A DNA stretch of 64,000 nt, from positions 6,572,001-6,636,000 of the forward strand of contig JBHGNT010000008.1 of assembly GCA_043228905.1 (NCBI GenBank), read 5' to 3'. Positions 53,394 through 64,000 of this stretch are shown in pieces (within the stretch, counting starts at the first letter, position 1; each line of letters begins with the position of its first letter). Source of the stretch: Azolla caroliniana. Lineage: Eukaryota; Plantae; Polypodiophyta. Under the pieces are notes generated by a model. It was not told the origin of the DNA, did no database searches, and saw only the letters and a list, made by a program, of their open reading frames with translations. Both the position numbers and the translations under genes were made by a program.

Positions 53394-53870
53394 TAGTCTC
53401 TCTCTCTCTATGTATGTATGTATGGTCAAGTTCGAATCGAGTCAAGTCAATCGAGTGAGTCTGGTCAAGCGCAGCAACACATATGGCGGATCAAACGAAA
53501 ATAGAACTAAATCGAACTACAAGATTTTTGCCCCACCATTTGTATGCTCAGGTCTCGAATCGAGTCGTGTCAAGTCAATCGAGTGAGTCGGCCCAACGGA
53601 GCAAGACATATATGGCGGATCAGAATCCAAGTGGAACTAAATTGAACAAGAAGATTTTCCCACCATTCCGCGCGTCTCTCCCTGTTATGTATGGTCATGT
53701 TCGAATCGAGTGAGTCGGCCCAACGGAGCAAGACATATATGGCGGATCAGAATCCAAGTGGAACTAAATTGAACCAGAAGATTTGCCCACCATTCTGCGC
53801 GTCTCTCCCTGTTATGTATGGTCATGTTCGAATCGAGTGTGTCAAATCCATCGCAACAAAGACATATATG
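53297..53870. repeat. ~128-bp tandem repeat (2 near-identical plus 2-3 diverged units) upstream of the kinesin gene
   Basis: ggcggatca...gaacta...caagattt..cccaccatt recurs at ~53298, 53485, 53613 and 53741. Confidence 0.85.
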
Positions 53871-56800
53871 TATGGATTGACGTATAAACCGTTTCCTTCA
53901 CTTTGGCCAAATCATTCACTCGAAGTCAATTTACACGAACGAGGATAACCTTGATCAGGTGGGTTCCAAGGGGGGTCTACAAGCCAAGTCGGCCCATAGG
54001 ATCAAGTCGATCGAGTCGATCAAGCACAATAGGACATATATGTATGCATTGATGTTCAAATTGTCTCTTTCATTTTGGTCACATCACTCACTCGAAGTTG
54101 ATGTATAAATAAATTCCCTAGGCAATTGTGACTATATATATATATATATATGAATGAATTCCCTAGTACCTACCAGAAAGAGTGGGGAGTTGCCAATGTC
54201 TCGGCTCTGAGAATAAAGCGAGGACATGGGAAAGATGGTTATATATACATATTGAATGGTTAATAAAAGAGTTTTTTTTGTCTCATGTATGTAGGTTTTG
54301 AATAAGTCATTACATAGTGGTACAATGTCATGGATTAGGTTATTTTTCTTCTACAACATCACAATGTAGATCACAATTGCTTTTTCTTAAAGAGACATAC
54401 ACAAAAGGGTAAACATGTTTGAGTGAGAGAGAGAGAGAGAGAGAGCCGGAGACAAATAAACAAGCCAGAGAGCGTTTTCCATAAACGAAACGTAGTGTCC
54501 AAATATGCATCAAAAAGCTCTCAGCAAGGGCTACATAACTATACGAAGCAAGTGTAAAATGGTGCTTAGAGCAAAAAACATGAGTTGTAACAAGATCACG
54601 GTTGAAGTAGGATAGAACTCGGGCAAAGAACAATTGATGCCCTTAAGGGAGCCATCACAACAATGTAGTCACTTTGTTAATGTTAAAAGGCAAAGATATA
54701 ATAAAATAGATATGTTACTACTATACATGACCAACATGTCATCTTGCATGCAACTCCTTCCGAACAAGGGGGATAATTGCATTATAGTAAACAAAACTCT
54801 CTATGTGAAATTAATGCACGCACGAATGTGCTCACTCTTCGTGGCGAACATTTGAGTATGACACTTAGTTAGATCATCATGCCCATCTAACAAGTCATCA
54901 TTTTTCTCACAAATTATCTTATAGCCAAGGGTGATCAAGGATATCATGGTCCAAACATATTTCATGCAAAAGCAAGTTAGGATCGATGTTGGTGAATGGA
55001 TGTAACATTTTATCTCAATGCATTTCTATTATGGAAATGACTTTAATGAAACCTCTTGGGCCTTTTTGCACACATATGCAATGTGCACCACAATTCCCTC
55101 TCTCCATAACATTATGTCATCGGTGAACCCCAACTTACCAATGGCATTTTTTCCCATAAAACTTTGAGAAGGCTTCTAAGGATGTCTTTTTGTAGTATCT
55201 CCATCTCAATAATAACCTTCAAAAGTGTATCCACCATAGCAATATTATTTCTAGGTAGAATGTTGTTTAGAGCATGGTTAACAACTTCTTGATGTGTGGC
55301 CCAATATTGTTCCTAATGTTTGGTTATAATTTGTACACTTGATCATTTCTCCAACCAATCTATGATGAACCCCTTTCTTATTGGTTTCTCCCATCCATAG
55401 TTTCTTCAATTTTTTCTTATCACAACTTCTATGTCATATGACGACAATAAAGATTAATTTCATGTTCGTTTTTGAAGCATCCTAACAAGTGGATATAAAA
55501 ATGTTGATCCATTCTAAAGATCATTTTGCTTTTAACAAGGATGTGTGGGTGTTTGCACGAGAGAATTATGATTGAAACCATTAGGGAAAATATGGGTGGT
55601 CATGGAAGGGCCTTGCAAGAAAAGAGACCAAGGTTGATTAACGTATTAACCACTAAGGGGACGATAAACATAAGGACCCTATAAAAATATAGTAACTTCT
55701 CTAAAAGAAGATATATTAGTCAGTGAACCTAACATTATTGACCACACCAAGAATTATCATGGAAGCATTTTAAGATAATACTCGTATTCATCTTACACAC
55801 CACAGAAATATTTTCCACGAGAAGGCCAAATTATACTCTAAAATAGTTTCTACATTTGAAATAAAGGTAAAAAACAATTTGATTTCTGGATTGATAGAAC
55901 GATATTTCCACACAATAGTTAAACCTCCCTACCACCAAACTCTTGCGATCTTGATTTAGCACAATGCATTAGAGATGGAGAGAATGATTTATTGGGTGAC
56001 TAAAAACAATCAGCACAATGTTTCATGTATCCAATTATGACACAAAATAATAACTTAAAATAGTGTTAAGAGACTAGATTGAAAGATAAGAGTTAAAGAA
56101 ACAAAACATGCAAAAAGAGACACAACACTTAGTGTTAGAGAATGCAAAAAAAAAAGTTGTCTTTCAAACAAAACTTGATCATGATGGCATGATAGATTCT
56201 TCAATGTTCATTCTAAAGAGGCTGTAACTTATCATAGAGAAAAGAGAAGTTTAAAAGATGTACTCATCAAGAATGCTCGTTCACAAATTGTTACAACAAA
56301 ATTTCTACTTAGATAATCAGATAGGATATGGAAGAATAGATCATTTGGTAACGGTAATCAGTACACATTGTGTCGCATGATTGTTCTTTAAGCATGAAAT
56401 GATACGAAACCAATAGACGGAAGTGGTCAACAAAAGGCACGTTACTTACTGCATTGTTAACGTATGCTATATGTGTGCATTTTGAGTAGAAGAGCACCTA
56501 TATTATGTGTACCTTCCAACTAAAAGTGTTGGTATGCTCAATTTGGTATAATTCGAAGTATTAACTGGTTGAGAACATAACAATATATATTCACAATATT
56601 TAGATTTGTCCATCTGATCATTATCATATACAATAAATAAACATGCCTGTAACTACAAAAGCAAGCTCCACAAAACATGATTCAATGATTTATACTTACA
56701 TATCCAATAAAAAAGAAGATCTGGCATACCAATGTATGTTTATTCACTTTCATCTTTCCAGCAGCCACTGTAATAATTGCACTGCAGCCGAAATGTCATG

Positions 56801-59800
56801 TCAATCGATACTCTCGCTAGCATTTGTTGTGCACATGGACACAAAATCTTCCATGTGTAACTTCCTCCATTCCTGTGAAGAAACATTCAGAGTTGGGCTT
56901 CTCCCATGTTTTCAAGCCAAACAAATCCCCACACACATTTCTCGGTTGAGCAGAAAGTGCACCCTCAATTGCAATGTTCCATCAGTAAAAATCTTGAACA
57001 TAAAGGGTCGTTTACCAATCCATACTCAAATATGTAAAGCTGTTCCCCTTTGGATTAAATGTCTCCAAGGATGATAATAAAACCTCTTCTTTTTTCTCAG
57101 TATGTCTCTCCACATAGTTTAGATACAATTCCATTTTGCTGTGCATGGCCTGTGGGACTTCTATATGAACAGTTTTTTAAATGAAAAAAATTGTCGGACA
57201 TTTTTTGAGACTTTTATATTAACATATTGAAACACAAAAAATATAATGGACATTCTACGAGACTTCTATATATATGAACACGTTCTCTTTTTACTTTATC
57301 GAAGAGACTTTGCTAGAAACGAACCGAGTGTAAAGAGTCATACCTCGTAATCCCAATCTCCATACAGGTCTTCATCATCCATATTACCCCAAACATACAC
57401 GTAGGATTGTACATGAAACCTCTCTTCAGTTGCGTGTGAGTTATATCCATTCTGTTTTGATTTCAAAATAACAAATCAGATACTCAAAAAATAGGCCCCT
57501 ATTAAGAAAAAATATCTTTAGAAGGCCTCATGATATAATTGTAGCATTGTTTAAAACATCCGTCCTAGAATTTTATATACATGTATACATACGGAGTAAA
57601 CTAATTGGGAAATTGATTATCCAAGCATGTAAATGCAACCCCTTAAGGAACTAGGACATGGGACAACATGTGTCAACCTAAGGAGTTCAACCACATAATG
57701 GAACTAGCTACCTTGTTTGATATGCTACCTTAGAGAAGTTGAGACTCTACTAGTGTCTTCAAGACTACGGATCCAAAATATATGAGAGCTTTGCCACACC
57801 AACAAAGTCTCAATCTCTCTAAGATGTTGATTCAAAGAGAGTAGCTAGTCCCCTTTATACAATTGAAGTCCTTAGGCTCCCAGATTGGCAGGTCCTGTCC
57901 ACGTGCACTAGATCCTTAATGGGTTCTCAAGTCCTGGGATAAAAAGATCAAATTTTAATTCAATGAAGCTAAGTATGTTAATTTCACGAATACAACTAAC
58001 ATTGGTTCATTGAACCCTTGTAATAATGAATAGAAAAATCAAAGTCTTGAATGTGCTCTACCCATCTACCTTTGGAACCAGCAAGGGCTTGTCAATCACA
58101 AAAATATTTTGAAGGCCAATATTTCCACAACAAGGCCAATATGGTGAAACCCACCACTACTTTGTATATTACCTTCAAGAGATCACTATGATTGTCTCTA
58201 CATGATTGCTATATTTCCCAAGGCATCCTTATGTTAATTATTTTGAATTCTATTAGTTTTTTGAACCTAAGGAACTTCAAGGTCTCTCGATTGTATCCAT
58301 TCCTGCTGTGTTTTCAACTCCTCTTGAGGTTTGCCACTTGTAATATAACTTATTACACGAAGAAAAGTGTACGTTTGGATACATACATACATATATATAT
58401 ATATATAGACATGTCAAAGCATATACACATTAACATGGATATATAATACATATTGTATATATGCTATTACATGTGCCAAAGAGCTCCTAAACAAACTCAC
58501 AAAGCAAGTACTTAAATGGGTTGTGAAATGTTATAATAAGATATCCAAGAACTAAAGAATGTACACGTGGCCAATACCATTACAATTGGTTCAACAACTT
58601 GTCGTGTGTATTCGGTGTCTTCAAAGTCATCCAATACTTCCAATTCCTTATCAGTGATGCCGAAAAGGACCTGCAAAACAATGAACCATAAATATGTGTA
58701 TATAACTCAAGAGTTTGAGTATGCAAAACATAGAAGATCTGCAAGACCAATTTTGAGCACATACAAATATATATAAGTTTCTCCAAGTTTTATATGCACA
58801 AACCTTCCCAGTTACTTTGTCCCCTTTCGCTGGTAGAATTGCTGGGTATGTACGTCGTTTTATACTGAATCTATGGCTGAAAATTATTCAAACTTTGGAT
58901 GAGTTCCAAGCTTCCTTTCATAATTTCCCCTTTCATAATTTCCTAAAGACTTTTAACATTAACTCTTGTTGGAAATAAGATCTACTCCCTCTGGAGCTCT
59001 AATGTGTATCCATTCAATCTATACACTTTGATTTGTACTTAATAAGAAAAGTAAAATAGAATACAATATTCCAATTCTTTCCTGATTTTAGCAACAAGCA
59101 AATGCATATTGTCTGTGTTATCATTTTTCCACAATTTCCATGTACACAAAAACTCATTAAGCAATTATAGTTCAAAGAAACAAAACGGGAATTTAAACTA
59201 ATGAGTACACAATGACATACAATCTTCACCTTTATAGTCTTGTACTACTAAGAAGGCACGTGAAAAAGACCAATCTATTTGAGCTGTGAATTCCAGATCA
59301 CTTACTTAATCATATCTGGATGAGCATTTTCAGGATAATATTCTTTTGGTAGTATTTGCCACTATTGAAGAGTTGCAAAATCTTCAAAATCTTCTTGTGA
59401 CAAATGAAGTTTTACAGCAGTTGATTGCTCTAAATAGTGTGAGCCCACACTTTTACGTATAAGAATTGAGGTTTTCCAAAGGATGAGTTGTTTGTTGTTC
59501 GACTATCAATAGAAGACAAAGGTACGACTCCGGTGGAACCCAGATGAGTCGTGGTGAGAGATGTATCCATTTAAAACAATCAAGTATCTCATTCATCTAT
59601 CAATTGTATAAATGGACAAGAAATGGAGAGACTTATTACACCCATCATACACATATGATCCATGTATTTCATGTTCAACGGAAGCCCTTTTAAGGCTTTT
59701 TCGAATGAGCTGGATTCTGGACACCATAGAGAGACCATGATGCCCCTTTGATATATTGGTTTGATTCTTAATTAATATTATTCTATATGTTTCCATCAAG

Positions 59801-60519
59801 TCATCAAGTTTATTAGTTGAACTCAATCCTAACAGTCACAAGCAAACGACCACTAACATCAAGTTATGCAGTTAGACCAGAGTAAATCCTAACAATCAGC
59901 ATCACCATTGCAAATCATAATGCAAGAAGCATTATGGAAAACATGATGATATAGTCAATAAAACAATTCAATTGATAAACTATATATTCAGTGAATTATG
60001 CAATTAAAACAACGTAACCCAAACCACCATTACCACTGGGAATCACAGAGCAACAAGAATGCTGAGACATGATTGTTCAATGAAAAACATGATATCCAAA
60101 GCGACATCCAACAATGATTGAAATAGAGAATAAAACAAGCCATTGATTACATGTTAAGAAATTAATCACGAATACGGCAATGAATTGGTAATGGAAAAAC
60201 ATGCCCAAACCACGATTATATCTAAACATAACAAGGTAAGACATGCCCAGAAATGATGATATGAATTTGAATGGAAAGTCCAGGTAGAGAGAAGTAAAAA
60301 TAAATAAATTTTAAAATCAAATAAAATACGAAAATAGAAAAAGCCCAATGTATATTGTACATATATGATTACACTCAAACAGAAAATGCCCACTTACAAG
60401 TCTGGCAAGATAGCAGGAGACGACTTGGGAAGGCGTTTGAAGAGGATAGAGACCACTTCATCGGAGAGGAGGGACCCATACACAAAAACTGTGTGAGCTT
60501 CTGCCGATGAAGTGCCCAT
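56801..60519 (-). CDS. AIG2-like protein (gamma-glutamylcyclotransferase fold); exons ~60519-60398, ~58876-58804, ~58670-58578, ~57451-57344, ~56872-56801
   Basis: MGTSSAEAHTVFVYGSLLSDEVV...SSPAILPDF|HRFSIKRRTYPAILP..KVTGK|VLFGITDKELEVLDDFEDTEY..|..YVYVWGNMDDEDLYGDWDYE|EWRKLHMEDFVSM, with in-phase GT/AG junctions. Confidence 0.92.
57637..57925. mobile_element. Foldback/MITE-like long imperfect inverted repeat in an AIG2-like intron
   Basis: Left arm aacccc-ttaagga-ctag...cctaaggagttcaa...actagctac...cttagag..ttgagact pairs with the reverse complement of ~57806-57925. No TSD identified. Confidence 0.65.
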
Positions 60520-60753
60520 GATTCTGAGGAGCTGGACTTGTGAGCTCTTTGAGATTCCCGGGAGGGCTGTGTACTGCTGCTACCTGGTCTTTCAATCAGG
60601 TTTTAAACAGAAGCGCAACTTAAGGGAGAGAAATGAGCAAGAAAAAAGACAGCAAACGCCCTTCCTTTACCTTCCTCTCTGTTTCTCTGCCAATGAACCC
60701 AAGAGTTGTTGTTGATTGTTAGATTGTTAGATTATTAGATTGTTAGATTGAGG

Positions 60754-61659
60754 TGTTTGAGATATAGACACGTAAGAGTGTAACACGCTTCACGTTTTTT
60801 TACGCTCGATTATAATGAGGTTGCGATCGAATAAAAAAGACCACAAAACACACGCAATCACACAATAAAGATCGGTCGGACTCCATCGGATCATGCCTTT
60901 GGGTCTGGAAACGGACCGCGTTACAGCTCCCAGATTCTGGGGGAAACCCAGGATTTCTTTCGCGGCTAATCCTGAGCCAAATTCTGACTTCGCCTAAATG
61001 ACTTTCGGACATCGACGCGAGATAGGACAATAAAGATGACACACGAGATTTAACGTGGGAAAACCCCCCTCAATGACGGAAACAACCACGGGGACAATGT
61101 CCGAAAACCGATCCACGGAGATACAACACAAATACAAAGCTCTACCTCTAGATACACACATGGAGATAAGTAGAGATGTGTGGCAAAATACTCCCGACAA
61201 AGATGGTACCGTAATCCAAAGAAATGATGGCTAACTCACAAGCATATGAGTGAACGAGAAGAGAGAATAAAACCTGGATAAGAAAGCCCACAAGTCGAAG
61301 TAGTAAGCGTGTCGATCTCACATTGAATAGTGGAGGTGGAAGGTAGATGAATTGAGCACCAAGCTTCACTATTTTTCGTTCTCTCCTCTTCGCTATATAT
61401 TTCTCCTTTCCACTCTCTCTTCTCTTTATACCGCTCAAAACAAAAAGGTCATTTTGTTTTGTTTTCTCTTTCTTTTCTTTTCTTCTTTTTCTTTACACAC
61501 ACTAAAATCGTAACTTACATTTACCCTTTTCAAGAAATAATGTAAAGGTAATAATTACTAAAGAAACAAAACGTTCATTTTGTTTTATATTACTACCTAA
61601 TAATAATAATAAATATCATTAAAAGAAAAAGAACAAAATAGTGATGGGACACATTAACA
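60754..61659. mobile_element. Solo LTR (copia-like), ~235 bp upstream of the AIG2-like ATG
   Basis: TGTT...AACA termini, 5-bp TSD tgagg (60749-60753, 61660-61664), and a gagattt.acgtgg.aaaccc...accacggg motif shared with the copia LTR at ~7870-7910. Confidence 0.82.
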
Positions 61660-64000
61660 TGAGGATGTCCAAGAGTGGAATTGAGGACATCTAAAAACAT
61701 CCATTGTAATGCAATCCCCTGTTTTTTTACATGTTTAGAGGAGGTATTTTGTACAAAGGGATGTTTCATCTTTTGTGTAATAATAGGTACAATTGTTCGT
61801 ATGGGCCAGTTTTACAAGCAAACATTTAAATGGCTTAAGGGTAGGACAAATGGGGAACAAGTTATCGTAAGATTTGTGACACGTGGGAAAACGTCGCAAC
61901 CTAAGAGCCCAATCAGTTTCAGATCTGTTCATCTCAACTTCCATTATATAGCGTAAGGTAATATTTGGTGGTATAGGACGTTGATCACTCATTGCGTGTA
62001 GTTTGTATTTGATTCATGATATTTGTTATCAGAGCTTGGTACAAATGTTTGTTTGGTCTCATAAGTCATATTTGACTTTGGAAAACAATAATATAATCTA
62101 TTTATCTTTGTAGGTCATTAACTATTGTCAGTTGATCTAGGAAACCAAAGGAGAAGACGAACAAGTATTCTTTGTTTTTTCTATTTATGCTCTAACACAT
62201 ACATTATGTTATGGCAATCGTTTTATATGAAATGCATTGACTTTGATTTTTTGAAACTTATAATGATATATTAAACATTTACCATTTCGAGAGTACATTT
62301 GATATCTCGTCATTAATATACATATTTACTTTTGCTCTCTATGTATTGATTAGTGCCTCTTTTTTCTCAAACATTAATATATGTAATATGGGCTAATTGA
62401 ACATTTATGAATGTTTTATTTTATATTTATCAATTGTTGTACTTGGTCTTTACTGCCAATCAATCTTTAATTGATTGCCATTTATATTTATTCGATCATG
62501 AATAGATCATTAATTATCACCATTGATACTTTTGATTGATCTTACTCAGTGTTTGATCGATCAATAGCCCTCATTCTTTGATCATTAGCACAAGATGATT
62601 AGTCGCGCGAATGCACATATGTTCGTGCACATTTGTTGCTTTATAAAGAACTATGTAGAGCAAGAAAGTGTGTTCCCACACACACACAAATTCGAGGTAG
62701 TCGAGGATCTAGAATGTGTCCCCACTTACGTACGAATACAAGATCCTATTTAAGGGTTTAAAAGGTCAACACACTAATTAGATTCTATCTAGGTAACTAC
62801 TAAGTTACGTGGTTAACTAAATGGCTAAACTTAGTTGAGATAGGCTAAACTTAGTTGAGCTTGATATCTCAACAACTTCAACCTAAGACCTATCAATAAT
62901 ATACCTATTGTTTACTTCGAAGCTATGAAATATTTGCAATTATTATTATAATGTTCATATAATAGTAATAAACAATCAAACACCATACAAAACCAACTTG
63001 ATATATATGTACACACACACAAAATCTATCAAAATTTTATAGGTGCTCAATGTGCATGTGAAACATGTGCATTTATACATATACCAAATTGTGCAATCGG
63101 CGTCTATTACTACATGATCTTAAAAACCAAGATCATTAGTTCATGCTCAATGTAGACAACTCTATTTACTTATTTTTGCCAATCCAATGTCCAAGTAATT
63201 TTAAGGCGAATAAACATAGTTGAGCCTCAAAGATTTGCCATGCATTATTAAGATAGAGTTCGTGGACAAATGTTGAAGGGTTATTTATGTGCTACCACGA
63301 TAACTTTTGATCTCAAACTTCATCTCATATATCTACAAGGGCTATTTATGTGAGATGTTTTCTTACATAATTCACGAGAGATCTTCATGGCACTAAGCTA
63401 GTGACTGCACCTTCAATAGGGGTGTATGTAATGCCTCACCACCCTCCCCAACCAAGCATGAACAACACCATTCTTTCTTCTTTCTTCACCTCAACCCTAA
63501 ACCCCAATACTAGGGTAAAAGAACATTCACAACATCAAGCAAGTGACCATACCTTTGATTGGTGTGTTTATAATGACCCAACGACCCTCCCAACCCCATA
63601 CACAATTGTGATTTTTTTTCTTCAAAGATTTTCCTCATAAGTATTAAAAAAAACATGTGAATGCTACAACTTAAGCTTATGTGCCCAAAAGCTTACAATT
63701 TTCATGTACACAATTATGATTACGTGGGGCATTGCCCTAATTCCCATGTTGACTAACAACCCTCACATGACAACTACATGTAGATTAATGTCAACCCATG
63801 GCACAACTTCCAAAATAATGACACCTAAGTACACTGGAACTACACATGTCATGATGTAACTTAGGCATGCTCCAACTACACATGTCTCGATGGTGTCTAC
63901 CCATCCCATGTCTATATGTGCATTGACGACTATTCGCCCCACGATTAGACTCATGATGAAGACTACCCACGCCTTGACTACACTTGTGACGAAGTCTACC

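Noticed and set aside
52813-53586. Plus-strand ORFs upstream of the kinesin
   Set aside because: They are products of microsatellites (ctgt, cttt, cctt, gt) in the kinesin 5' UTR/promoter.
54600-55650. Possible decayed transposase on the minus strand
   Set aside because: Coding-like composition but no identifiable domain.

Overview
AT-rich, intron-containing eukaryotic DNA, most likely land-plant nuclear sequence; the TE lineages suggest a non-seed plant such as a fern (inference). The first ~17 kb is a nest of retroelements: the end of one LTR, a nearly complete minus-strand Ty3/gypsy element (tRNA-Trp PBS, predicted -1 frameshift between protease and RT), an RT-deleted Tnt1/Tork-like Ty1/copia element, an L1-type LINE fragment and a Tcn1/Sushi-like gypsy fragment. 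Three host genes follow: a group IIc WRKY transcription factor (+, ~26383-32453), a kinesin-6 (-, ~34204-52898) whose introns hold a ~6 kb non-L1 LINE and a deleted copia element, and an AIG2-like/GGCT gene (-, 56801-60519) with a solo LTR just upstream. hAT-type MITEs, a tRNA-box tandem array, a promoter tandem repeat and a foldback element are interspersed. I see no clearly new biological system. The best leads are the PR/RT frameshift signal, the Pol III-box array, the atypical kinesin-6 features and the non-L1 LINE. All calls come from reading the sequence by eye, and exon boundaries are inferred from GT/AG sites plus frame continuity.
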